DNA from: Trichoplax sp. H2
Taxonomy: Eukaryota
Assembly (NCBI GenBank): GCA_003344405.1
Contig: NOWV01000029.1
Coordinates: forward strand, 496,001 to 560,000
Reading direction: 5' to 3'
DNA length: 64,000 bases
How positions within the stretch are numbered: the first letter of the stretch is position 1; every line of letters starts with the position of its first letter. The notes beneath the pieces are model-generated. The model was not told where the DNA came from. It made no database searches and saw only the letters and a list, made by a program, of their open reading frames with translations. Positions 48,601 through 61,854 of the stretch are shown here, one piece after another. The translations under genes and the position numbers were made by a program.

Positions 48601-51600
48601 GTTGCTAATAAAGTAGTGGTTTTATGGAAAATAATTATTTGATTTACATATATTTACTTTATAAATCTGTAGTATATAAGACTCTTTTGAATAATCATTA
48701 CTCACAAGTTGTATAATGCATCAAAACTTCGGCTGCAAAGTGATGAGATACCGCCGTAAATATAGCGGACTTGACCTAGATATGGATAAATTGATCTAAA
48801 TTACTCAAGAGTACACCAACTTAAATACAGCTCTTAGCTTTAGGGTAACAATTAACCTCGCTCATTGATCGCCATGATTCAGGTATATACTTTGTACTTG
48901 CATCATTTTGCATGAATTCAAATAACTCTTGATAGCATTTACCAACCTGACACAGCAATTTTGTCATGAGAAAGATTTTTTAGTAATACATATATTTTTA
49001 TACAATATTTTCTTCGATATCACTACTCAAAAGTCTGACTTACAATAGCAGATTCTCTGCAAAGAATAACTTTAGTTCTAATATCGATACTGTCCATCGT
49101 GACAGCAATTTTACCGTAATAACATTCTTGAACTTGAGCCTGTTGAGAATTTGCAATTAATAACTTACTTATTTGGAGGAAATTGTCCTGTTGATAGTTA
49201 TCAAAAATCTCTTACATTACCTTTAAAATCTTGATATAGATTCGCAACATTTTTTCGCTTAAATCAAACGATGCTGCATTTTTAAAGTTTTCCAATAGCA
49301 TATTGAAGGCGCCTAATTGAGTAATCATATTAATCATCCAAATTACTTTATCGTTGTTCAGTTAACAACCAAAAGTATGTTAAATAGAATTTAAGTGTAA
49401 AGTTATACTGTCGGTTAGATTTGACTCGTGGATTCATGATTGCTACTACTTTTAAAATATTTTGACAAATTAATTGTATAAGGAAATATTGATATCCATT
49501 GAGAGTAAGCTAACCTGCTGCACGTTGATAGTATTGAATTGCTGCGTAAATTCCATTAACAGTAACAAAGTTCTAGAAAGAAATCATCGAAAGACGAATC
49601 GTAAAACTTTGAGATTAAGTAAATGAGAAGTTGGTTAATTTTATTCTTAACATTATATTTTTATGAGCACTTATAATGCCTCAAAAATGTACCTGCTTCG
49701 AAGCTAACTGAGTAAGTAGTGCCCCAATGTTATACAAAATTGATGCCTGTCAAAGATAAGGAGAGAATCATGATAATTACATAAAACTATGTATACCTGT
49801 TAGTGAAATTCAGATAGAAATTAGCGCTATTTAAGTACTTCACTGTCAAGTAGTACTAAATAGATATCTTATACAAGTATTGGGTGACGTAAAAGCTGGT
49901 GTAAAAAATATTTACTTTTTCAAAACTTATTGATTTTTGAATTATTGGCTCGCCATTTAAACAGTCAAACCTGTAGCAAAAAATACGGTAATTTAATATT
50001 GAACTACTGAATAATATAAAGATAAAACACTCCTTATTCTATAAAAATGACAACTCTTAACGGCAAGGTCAATAACACTATACTTTTTACCAGTAAAATT
50101 GGATATTGAAAATTTTTCTCATACGAAAAAATCGTTTGCTAATAAAATATAATTGATTGAAGTATTCAATTAAATTTTTTAGGCCTGCTTCTGATCGTGT
50201 CGCTGACAAAGCGTTCTAACATATGAAAGAATATAGTTTAGTAACGAATTCGTGCCTTGTATTTGAATTATTATGACATTTAAAAATACTATTACAGATC
50301 ATCGTTCCCTTAGGTTTATTTTAGCTTTATACTTGTAACTAATATTTATCAGTTTTATTTCATATAAACAAAATCATTTAGTAGTTGTCTACCTCACGTA
50401 ATTTCGTAAAAGTTTCAATAGCATCTTCGTATAGATCAGGGTCTTCATGATAATGATCTCTAATTATATCCTTAGCGGGAAGAAATTAAAGTTAATTTAC
50501 ATTAGGTACAGATAGTAACAGCATCGAGAAACTACAATAAACATATTTTAGCAGATAAATCGCTTGATAGAATTTAACATTCTTTCATCAATTTTTGATC
50601 TATATAAAATCTTCGTTATATAACTGTGCTACTGCTAAAAACATTAACGAAGGTAGTTAACATTAAATTTTTCTATTTTAATATGATCATAATTATTCTA
50701 TATTTTATAAGATTAGCACCAGTTTAAGTTTTGAATGTAAAAATCGTAACTAAAACAACATGATCATTCTGTGCGATATACTGCTGTCTTAATTGAAATG
50801 TTCGGCAATAGTTCGATTTTAGGTATCATAATCGACTTTTAATTTTAAATTTGTAAAGTATTTATTTAAATGTTTTTATAACATGATACCTTGAAGGCGA
50901 ACATAAATTTTATTGGTTTACCAACTTTAAGTCCAAAGGTAATCATAGGCACCGATCGATGAATGTTGCTAAATGCAATCATGAAAACTTTAAGATTAGG
51001 CTACACAATTGTACCTATTTTGAGTTAATTAATTGTGCTAACATAAATTCCGAAAATTATGGCATAATAAATAAAATAGAAACCAGTTAGAAGTATCTTG
51101 ATTAAGTTATTAAGCGACGCTGTAAGTGAAACATTACTACTGTAAAAGAATTACCTTTCATTTTGGAAACATATCAAATTGCTATTTAGTGAGCCTAGGT
51201 CGTTATGAAGTTTGTTTAATTTTTTAATGTAGTATTTCAGTTGATGTTGGGTTGTATTCTTAATATACTTGTCTTTGGTAGCACTGAAAAGTGAAAAAAA
51301 TATCATTAAGTATTTATAATTCTGTCGTAATTTAAATACATCAATAAGCTATTAGCAAAAATAATCTAAATGCTAGATTGTAGCGATGTTAACTTCCTAA
51401 AATTCTTCTACAGCTGTACTTATAGGAGAAAATAACCCGATAAATGATATCGTACTGTTACAGTATTTCAAAGTCTACGTTACGTTAAATTTTAAATCGC
51501 TATAGGCTTTCTCGATTTCATGTACTTACTGTACTAGTATATATTTTGTAGATGGTATTACTATAAATCGCGCAAATTATGAAATGTTCTAACTTTACGT

Positions 51601-54307
51601 ACACACTTTATATTATTTTATATAGTTGAATAAATTTTACATTAATATATAGAATATATATTGAAAGTATAAAACAAGGACATAAAATACAGTATCTGTT
51701 ATAAATGTTAGGGTTAGCAACATGAGCGACATAATAATTGATGCTGCATCTTATGAAGTAATTCCTGCAGCTAAAACTTAAGATTAATACATTCATGGAA
51801 TAGATTCAACAGTTGTATCAATGAATATGACGAGTTAATAGTATTAAAGATTGATTGATGGCAGAAGAATGAGACGTTTTCTTAAATATTTTAACGTAGA
51901 AATTGCAACGATCTTACAATTTTTCGTAGATTATAAGTTACTGTGGATTAATGTACATATGTAGTTTTTGAATTTTTTAGGTATGGAGCGATTGTACGCA
52001 TACTGTATAGTGTATACGAGTTTAAATTGTTAAGACGTCATAGTCATAGTTGCATAGGTGTGCAGCTAGTTATAAATAATTAAGAGAATATAATTATAGA
52101 GTCCTATTGGAGTTTAAGCAAATATGCTATCGCTACGGATAGAAATTTGTTCCTATTCTGTTAAAGTATCAAATCACATAGTAGGATTGACTGTCCTTAT
52201 TATTTTGTAACGAAATCAACTAGTTTATATGTGTATTGATATTGTGCATTAATGAAAATTATTCATTGTATCATGGCTTGTCTTTCATGAAATGTTTAAC
52301 TAATTAATTGTGGGGATAAAATGGAAAGTAGTGAACTGTTAATAGCGGATTGTATTTTCTATCTAAAAATCTTTTATGATAATTAAATGGTTGCAGAATA
52401 AACGGTTTTATCGTCTCGATGTCCAAATTATTGAAATCGATTGAAATTTACAATGGTAGGCTTGTCAATAAGTGAAAAAATCGAGTTATGGGAATTATTC
52501 GTGTTATGATTGAAATGAATCATACCTTGCAAAGGGGATAAAGTAGAAAAAATAAAGTAAATGTAGCAGCAATAAATTGAATAAGATTAATATATTCTCG
52601 TGATGAAAGGTGGCGTATCGCTATAAAATTGATCCTGATTAAAATGATATTGGTGCGTGGTATTATTCCTATTTGTATCCTGCCGAAGTGATCAATTTAC
52701 CCATAAAAGATTAAAAAAAGGAAAATAATCAAAAAATTTCATAAAGACTATGAAATTAGTTAAAAGATACGGTACAGTAGTAGTTAATTAATCTGATGTG
52801 CTAATTGGAAATTCGACTATTTTGTATATTTTAAAATAAAGGAACCTCTACCTACAGCACTCAACTATAGCGTTCCATCAAGGAAAATTTCATGTATTAG
52901 TTTATAAATTGGATTGTCTTAATTTAAAAGTATCTTTTATCTATAGGGTTCTGTCAATTAAATTTTGAAGCTCTAGTTAATAAATAATCCAATTATTTAA
53001 TTATTAGAATGTCTTTACGGGTGACGTTCTATTAGTTAACTAGACCTGATATGGTAGTTGATGAATCTGATTATTTAAATTTATTAAAATGAAACGTACC
53101 ATTAGCGGTAGCGTTACATCAAGCGAATCATTTTACTAGCTAAGATGAAAATACTGCAGTAAAATATTATAAACCAGGATACCGGGCTTCTACTAAAGTG
53201 CGTAAATTAAAATTTAAGTATAAGTATCTAGAAATACTATAAAGCTACAATTAGAATAGTTGCTTACATGATACTATAATAGAATGACGTAGCATGTTCT
53301 AAGTCCACTTAATACTTTTATGAGATTCGAAAATTGAGATGTTTCTTTCTTATGGCCTTAAGTCTTCGATCGATAACAGTAAGCTACTGAAAGTTGTTTA
53401 GATCGTCTATTGCTAACTGTTTACATAAAATAATTTTAAAATAAATAATTAGAGCGACGCTGTATTTCAACTGCATTGTGAATATTTACAGTATGTCAAT
53501 GTGGTCCTTTACCGTTAAATAAGAAAGATTCGAAAAAAAAGATGACAAATTAATCATGTTACCTAGACAGTAGAATTAACTCGGTAATGAACATGAATTT
53601 CAGTTAAAGCGCATAGTTCGGCAGTAGATCAATGGTTGTTTACATCATACCAGCACCGTAGATTTATTAAATTGGTATTCAGATTAAAAATATAAAAAAA
53701 GCTGTATTCATGATATGGAAAAGTCGATAGTTAAAAAAGGGGAAATTTCTCAACTTAAAAATAAAGCTGTAGGCACAGTAATATCATTTTAGTAGTGTAC
53801 CCCGTACGGGAGATTCATTAAAATATTCCAGACCGTATTCAAATAAATAAATGGTTATAAAGGATGTTGTAATTGTAATTTGAAAATCAGGTGATGAGCT
53901 TAAAATAAGTTTATACTGGTTTAACGCAGAGTCTAGTACAATAGTAAAAGACTTTAGACAAAATGGATGACTATCTGCTTCTTATGAATGGAACGGCACA
54001 CAATCACAGTAAGTTTCAATTGATGTAATGATGGGATCAATATTAACACTAACTGTTCAGTAATTCGATTTTACCTTATTAAATTTTCTGCTCCTCCGCG
54101 TAATAGCATTGTACGAGCAATTTGGTTATGCAGGTTTATTCTTTTGATAAATAATCGTTCGGCATTAATTCGCATAGGGGTGTTAACATTACCATCTTCT
54201 TTCTCCCCTTGATGATTTTTACCATTGGATGAATTAACCATATGTTTACTATTACGATAGCTGTCTTTGGCATTGCTATCTTTTGAACTACTGCCAATTA
54301 GACTCAT
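45652..54307 (-). CDS. RHPN: Rhophilin-like protein (HR1 + BRO1 + PDZ) with long acidic C-terminal extension; 19 coding exons
   Basis: Exon 54307-54075 and the next give the HR1 motif (RINLHNQIARTMLLRGGAENL.SAT). BRO1 motifs: PMITFGLK, DIIRDHYHED..LYED.I, YFNQLYF...RFF, F.WFDCLNG.P..QKSISFEKASILYNIGALLTQ, RAAGAF, AQVQEC, IPESW, DLFAALGPLSVF. PDZ-like IGFEL...D.I.S.N..V. Last exon 46496-45652. Confidence 0.9.
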
Positions 54308-56424
54308 TTTGGCTTGTATTTTCTTACTGTTGATTACCAATGTAAATACTTTGGTAATAGTTAATGTTAGAGCAAAGAGTTTATCCAATTACTCATTCAC
54401 TTTCCAAATAGTAACGATATTGCCAATCATACGACAATTCGTGTATGAATATGGTGGAATTTTTGCAAGTTTTATCCAAGAAGTTGGAATTAATGCTCCT
54501 CCGTCTTGTGTTGAAGTTTAAATCCAGGATCTTTCAACGATTATGATTACAAAGAATATTCAATTAATGGAGTTGTTTGATCTAGGAGTATGGACTAACC
54601 ACTGTTTGTAAAAACTTTATAAGATTTCTTTTTGGGCTCAGATATTCCACTAAATTATACTGGTACACATAAGTGTAGCTGTTTTACCTTGTTGTCTGTT
54701 TCCTTGTAATATTTTGTATTCGTCTCACGAACTGAAATATAGAAAAAGTTATGATTATTTATTTTGATTGTCTAGAGATGATGAAGATGCAGTCATTTTC
54801 AATATTATAAGGTTAAGGATATTAAAAAAACTCGCTACTATAGAATTGCTATGATTGGAACAAAGCACCTAAGTGAGGGCTAGGGTAAATCAACTACTTC
54901 CGAATTGAAGGATTAGCTATTGGTCTGAGCATATTCAATACAAATAAAATTTATCAATACCTCTTTTTACCGTTAATAATTTTTAATTGGGTTAATTAGT
55001 TATGCAGTATTTTGTAGCGATGAACATACTGTGTTCTCGATCGACAGTTTAATAATGACGATAGTGATAGCAAGAAGTTGATGGTTAATCGTTTTAAGTG
55101 AAAAAATAACAACTTTGATTCTGCTTTCTACTTTAAAGTCTAGAATTACAAATAGAATTTTGCCTTTTCTCATCACATGATCCTATGCTGATAATACGTT
55201 GAAATTTATATCTCTAAGTACATTAGTCATGATCTAGGGAGCTGACCTGAAAATAAAAGATATCAAATAGGCGCAAAATAGCAACTAACTTGTATTAATC
55301 TTGATCGGTGTTGAGTAATAGCGACAGTCTGGGCATTAAAATTTTGAGGAAAAGTCAAGTTGTATGACGTGTGTCTTGATACAACATTCCTTTATTACAT
55401 TGCTATATACTAAAATGGCGCATAATATAATATGGTACAATGTGATTTTTTCTGTCATAGGCGTGTTTAATTAATTATCGCGTCGCAATCCATGCTGTGG
55501 CTAGAGTCAGAACTGGCACGATATGGCCATTGGTAGAGAAAAATGGCGAACCGTGTTGTTCTCCATGGCTCTATTAGGTATAGATCATCGTTATTGAAGT
55601 GTTAACTGGTAAATTTGGTTGTATACAAAGCCTGTACTCTGACTATAATATTACAGTGTACATTTTGGGGAGGGCTACAAAAAAGCTAAAGGATAATACG
55701 CGGGGATAATAAGGTAAATAAATAAGAATAAAAAAATGATCAAAATGAACAGCCAGTCATGAGGGCTGAAAAGAAGGCAAGTTAAGCGATTACTGTCCCA
55801 ATTTAAAGTGTTGATAAATAATATGGAATTATTGTAGTATGTTTTAAATCAATGTATAGGGTCTAATCTATGTACTGGAATATAGAAACCAAGCGTTGAA
55901 TCGACAGTATGACTAGCTAAATTGTTGAAAAATCAAAACTGATCTATACTGTATGTCATAGCTGCCGTATAAATGGGATACTACAGTTAGTGGCCAGGGT
56001 GAAAATAATCTGTTCTATCCAAGCCATCATTGAATCTCCGCTTGTATCGTTAGCGCTAGGCGTAATGTGATCGATTAATAAACACACGTTATGATTGGCG
56101 TGTATGTCGGTGATCGATCGAAATCGATTATCGTAGTCATCGTTTACGATAGCTTTGTCCTATCTATTTCTACGGTAACCTGTAACTATAAATTGGATCG
56201 TATTGCAATTCAATCTATAGCCATGTATATCTAGTTCCGATAAGCTATTCAATATTATTTATCATCAGCGGTTACAATAACAACGATCAAGATAACATTG
56301 ATTTAGTTAGTATAGTATAACCAATCGATCCAACCGCACGCTGCATGGAAAGGTTTCCCCCCTAATAAAAGAATATCAACCCGGAGTATGCAAACGATCG
56401 ATCAAGTTGATTTTCCTTTTTTTT

Positions 56425-56930
56425 GGGGGGGGGGGGAGGTTAGAATATTATTGTTGCGTTGATTGAACTAGGCGTAAGTATCCTTGAAGCCGTTAAAATT
56501 AATCATTGGACTATAGTCACGTCGTCATCACTTACCGTTATGATTTGGAAATGAATTTCAACCCGCTTGCAGTTGAACGAATGATAATATCAGGTTGGCC
56601 AGGGTGATCGTATTAAGCTCTGGAAATTTAGTAATAATGTCGAAAGAATCAATCGGAGATGGAGAACGTTAACATAATATTGAATCGGAAAACGTTGACC
56701 ATGTTTGTCTATTGGTACATAAGGGGGGGCTGGGGGGGGGGTTACAATAATGTCATTCCAGCCACCCGTGAGGATTTGCGTTAAAGTGTACTCGATCCAG
56801 CGGGTTTAGCGCTGGATACGTCCAAGGTAAATAGTCACTTGGGGGTGCTACTGTACTCTGCTAGTGTATCGGATAGTACTGCACGCGTTGCGTGCGTGCG
56901 GGCATGCGGTGGTCAAACCTGTGTTAACAC
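56425..56930. promoter_or_regulatory. GC-richer patch with G-tracts; probable promoter / untranslated first exon of the rhophilin gene
   Basis: G12 at 56425-56436, G7-CT-G10 at 56723-56741, CpG-rich GCACGCGTTGCGTGCGTGCGGGCATGCGG at ~56881-56909, and a strong minus-strand donor CG|GTAAGTGA at 56535. Confidence 0.4.
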
Positions 56931-57661
56931 GTAGGAATGGACGCCCATCAGGCAGCGCAGTATTGCACTAATTTTCTCTCTACTCTACGTGTCCATGATC
57001 AGGCAGTATGCAATGGCGTCCAGACCACTGTCTCTTTTTCGACCTGTCTGTACACTAGACTAGTAGACATGGACAACATGGAAACAATTTTCCTTTTGTC
57101 ATCATCATTGTGTAATAGCTGGTCAGCGATGATGTAACTCGCTATGGGCTGGTCTGCCACGCCTTGCTGCATGCATATTTAAAGTCATATTCACTTTGTT
57201 AAACAACGTTACTTGTTTACGCTGCTTGGTTAATTAATTAAGCCCCTGTGTAGTTTTGTCAATGGATAAGCCCACCATATTGGAGGTAGACGTATACCAC
57301 GTATTAATTACTGTAGCATGATTGTCTTACTTATCCACTAGGATAACTAGACATCAAGTAGAATGCGCATGATGCCACTCCAGTTTTCCATGGAGATTAG
57401 TTTACTTAATATTGTTCGTTAATAAACCGTACGCTATTATCTTGCAACAATACTTTATTGACAATATGGATAGCTTGTGACTGTCGTACAGTATTACCAC
57501 CTTCTACAACGATTGAATAGACACTACAGTAATATCACTTTTTTGCTACTACCTTGTCATCATTAAAATCCAATAGGACGCTAATTATTGGATATACGTC
57601 GTATACTGCAATCTTTTTATGTTTCTTCGTTTAGGATAGTATTTTATTTTTGCTACATGAA

Positions 57662-57972
57662 CTACTGTCGACTGTTATTTATCTTCGTTTCATCGTTGAA
57701 TTGAATCCTGGGATAATTTTCTTCAAAAAGAGTCCTATTGATGCGCAATGCCAGTAGGCTATCATGAGCTCTTTGAATTTGGCTGCAGTACCGTAAGAAA
57801 AATGATGTCTATTCTGATGATAGACTATTAATACTATTGTTGTCATTTACGCGTAGAATCATTTTTTTCACTTGACATCCCATAATATTATGCATACGTA
57901 ATACTCTACAAACGGCACAAATCTTTGAGGAAACCAGTGATGTAAAGCCAATCAAAATAAGGAGAAATAATC
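57662..57972 (-). other. Exon-like segments of an unidentified small gene or pseudogene
   Basis: Minus-strand acceptors TTTTTAAG| (57972) and TACTGCAG| (57782) precede short open frames (e.g. QIQRAHDSLLALRINRTLFEENYPRIQFNDETKINNSRQ*). No complete model could be assembled. Confidence 0.25.
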
Positions 57973-58305
57973 CTTAAAAACAAACAATAATTATAATTCA
58001 ATAAATAACTAGTGTTGCCGCGTCTCGTATATTGGAATTGCATCGTGCAAATGGCTGATGATTCGCCGGTCAAATGCAGTCCTATGCTGTCCTATGGACG
58101 ACTAAAATTTCTAGTAGTCCATGATTGTACACTATACCGTTGATCAATCGATTTATAGACTATGTATAACATAGGAGACTGGGATTTCAAGATCATTTCT
58201 GATTTTATTTTTGGCGTCGTTTGTAGAGGCAGAGCTTAGCTGCAACTTTATTATGGTGATGATGTACATCATACAATAGTGTACAGTAGACTGTACAGTG
58301 CAGTA

Positions 58306-58663
58306 GTGTATTTTAGAGACACAGGCTGGATCCTATTGTTCCGCTGCACTTGTTAAAACATTTTGATGTAGAAAATAAAATTGGATATGTGTGTACTGTA
58401 TTTAAGAGACACAGGCTGGATCCTATTGTTCCGCTGCACTTGTTAAAACATTTTGATGTGGAAAAATAAAATTGGATTTGTGTGTACTGTATTTTAGAGA
58501 CACAGGCTGGATCCTATTGTTCCGCTGCACTTGTTAAAACGTTTTGATGTGGAAAATAAAATTGGATATGTGTGTACTGTATTTTAGAGACACAGGCTGG
58601 ATCCTATTGTTCCGCTGCACTTATTAAAACATTTTGATGTGGAAAAATAAAATTGGATTTGTG
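58306..58663. repeat. Tandem repeat, 4 near-identical copies of a 90/91-bp unit
   Basis: GAGACACAGGCTGGATCCTATTGTTCCGCTGCACTT recurs at 58316, 58406, 58497 and 58587. Confidence 0.98.
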
Positions 58664-58788
58664 ACTTTAGGGTATTTGGAAAGCACTCAGGCTGTCTTGA
58701 AGTTGTTCAAGCCAGCCTGGAAGGATGACATAGTGGTCTAAAAAATTTTGGATCTCTATGCTGATGATGATGTGGGCTGATGAAATAC

Positions 58789-59100
58789 TGGACAGTACAC
58801 TACAGTACCGTACTGTAAGGGAGCAATGCCACGTCATACTGCACAAAAGCTCAAAACTACAGTGAATTAGCATATGTACTGTACCAGGCCTTATACTGTA
58901 CTGTACTGTACAGGCTTTTGACTAAAAAGTTGTCCCATTGAAGGTGGAAATCGGACGAAATTACAGTACACTGTACTGTAAGAAAACGATCGTCTCAGTA
59001 CTGTACAGTATAGCACTGTACAGTGTACAGTACATCCAGTACAGTGCACAGTACCGATGAATGGCGAAAACAAAAGAAATTCACTTCGTCATCGTACTGT
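58789..59100. promoter_or_regulatory. TACTGTAC/GTACAGTA-rich island upstream of ABHD4/5
   Basis: Densest cluster in the window, e.g. TATACTGTACTGTACTGTACAGG and CAGTACTGTACAGTATAGCACTGTACAGTGTACAGTAC, ending ~130-160 bp before the candidate start codons. Confidence 0.5.
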
Positions 59101-59263
59101 AGCAACTGGCCGTACCAATATTGCTAGACTGCGGTAACGACGACATTGATCGTGAACTAGATTTGGGTCAAAGTGCTTGAAATTCTGCCGCCTGATCATT
59201 GCTGTAGGAAATGATTTATTAAGCTTTCTAATGCTACGTCGAGTCTTAACTACCAATCTACAA

Positions 59264-61854
59264 ATGTCTTCAGAAAGGTAAAAGTTCATTTTGATAGATA
59301 GCAATCATAATCATTTCATCATAGCACTGGACCGTGATGATGCTATGACAAAACATGGCCGTAGTAATGACTTGCCAAATGTTGATGACTGTTGTTGATC
59401 ATGAACGCTGACTATTTGAACTTTTTCTGTAGTACTCAGTCCAATGGATGGTTTGGCAATTGGTTGAGATGGTGCCCGACCAGTGCTGCTATGCTTGAAT
59501 ATGCTGAAAATAAGATTTTAAGAAGTGCGTAAGCGCAATTTCCAACTTATTCTACGCCTACACCAAGGATAATAATCCATTCAACAACAGTCATATCCAA
59601 TCATTAAAATGCCTCATTTCAATCAACATAAAATTTGAACCATTATCCAAGTAGTACCGATGTTGTTGTTCACCAATAACACGCATCATTTCTTAATCAA
59701 TGTTCATAATATTATAGTACGCTTGGTACTAGCAATACGAGTACACTTCTCGACCGTTAAAATACTACTGGACGACGATCGCAGGACAGTATACAGTTAT
59801 TCCAATGCAACGATGATCTAAAACTAATCATTATTTCTCCGTTGTTCCTTGTTTCAAAATTCATCTACACCGAAAACTTTGTTGTCAGTTCTGATCGTAT
59901 CATACAGTCATACTGCACAACGGATTTTCGATGGATTGCTTTATGCAAGGGCTTCATACAGACGAGTATACTTTGAACCAGCCAGACCTATTACAGTAGC
60001 AATATTTTTTCCTTTACCATGATGATAACTTCGAAAGGGGTTACGATTTAGCACTACTCTAGACTTCACATTACTGTAGTAATCATCATTGTTGGTTCAA
60101 AAGGGAGTTCAACTTGTACATTTATTCATTAATTATAGGGCATACTTTCCATTCTTTTATTTTACAATCTCTTGACATTGGAAATACCCTCTTAACTGTT
60201 TTAAGCATTCACTATTGTGCAAATGGAAGAAATTTGAGAAAGTAAAGTCGTCGTAGTTTTCGATCAAAGCATAAAATTCTTGTTCTTCTACAATCTCCTT
60301 TTCTCCTACATGATATCTTAACTTTCTTACTAGCATTCAATATTGAACAAATTAAAGAAATAGTAATGATAAAGTCTGTTATTGTTGCTTGCATACACCC
60401 ATTTAGACCTAATGAAGAGAGTTATTCTGCATGAATCACTCCGTGTTTTAATAGCTGATTTAATATAAACCAGTAATGATAATATTGACTAAGGCATCTT
60501 ATAACGATTTTATCTACTTGATGTAGAATTGGATAATTATTTCGATAGCTAAAGATTACAATAGACTACTTACAGTATTTTGCTAGTCATTTTAGACGAT
60601 TGCACGTACAGTATCGTAAATAAATCATGTATACTAAACAACACTGACAGATTAACTGTAGATCAAACTACTGTAGTTATCGCCAACGTTGCCATTTCAG
60701 CAATATTAACTCAATGTGCCCACTCTTTTACTCATTTTCATTGAAAATACAGATGTCAAAGCGAAATGTGAAAGAAGACTTGTGGTAATCGGTAACGATG
60801 AATGCCTATTAACCTTAAAAGTAGTGCAAAAGAGTAAAGATAAGAACAAAACGCCATTACTTATGCTACATGGATTTGGTGGCGGTGTTGGCCTATGGGC
60901 TCAAAATATCGACTACTTATCACAGAATCGTACATTGTATGCAATTGATTTACTTGGATTTGGTCGTAGTTCTAGGCCAAAATTCGATAACGATCCCACA
61001 TTAGTTGAGAAAAGGTTTATCGAATCGATTGAATCTTGGCGATCTCAAGTGGGAATCGACAAGTTTATCTTGCTAGGCCATAGCTTAGGTGGATTTCTAT
61101 CGGCTTCTTATGCAATAAGTTACCCACAACATGTAAAGCATTTAATTTTGGTCGATCCATGGGGCTTTCCTGAAAAGCCTGCAGAATCGGAATATCAAAG
61201 ACGTATACCAAGATGGATTAAGTTTGTTTCCATGTTGATGGATCCGTATAACCCGTTAGCCCTAGTACGTCTCTCTGGCCCCTGGGGTACGTAAAAATAC
61301 TAGAAATATGCTAGTTATGATTTTATGTTGATATTGAATACGATATATTTGATATTTCTATTTTAGGACCTCAGCTTGTAAAAAGATTTAGGCCTGATTT
61401 TCAGCGAAAATTTAGTAACATATTTGGTGGGGAAGATGATACTGTCCTAGATTACATTTATCACTGTAATGCACAAGAACCAAGGTAAGATGAATTGATT
61501 TTGCTATTTATGATATATAACAAACATGACAGTACGATCAATGGATCTACTCGTTAACTTTTATCTTTGAATATTAGTGGTGAATCCGCTTTTAAGTCGA
61601 TGACTGCAGCCTTTGGTTGGTCTAAAGATCCGATGATTAAGAGAGTGGATCAGATAAGAGATGACGTTCCAATTACTATGATGTATGGCGCTCGTTCATG
61701 GATTGATTATGAAACTGGTTATGTAGTTCAGAAAATAAGATCAAAATCTTTTGTCGATGTAGCCCTTATACCTGGTGCAGGTCATCACGTCTACGCCGAT
61801 AGGCCTGATCTTTTTAATGAAGCTGTCTTTCAATGCTGTAATTCGGCCGATTAA
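59264..61854 (+). CDS. ABHD4: ABHD4/ABHD5-family alpha/beta hydrolase; 5 exons (59264-59277, 59433-59524, 60753-61286, 61367-61484, 61578-61854), 344 aa
   Basis: [57 protein letters not shown] (Ser nucleophile), [41 protein letters not shown]. Probably co-orthologous to vertebrate ABHD4 and ABHD5. An alternative in-frame ATG lies at 59231. Confidence 0.93.

Noticed and set aside
54308..54388. ORF-track N-terminal extension of rhophilin from a TTG start
   Set aside because: Non-ATG start from a prokaryote-style caller; the ATG at 54307 has a typical AAAATG context.
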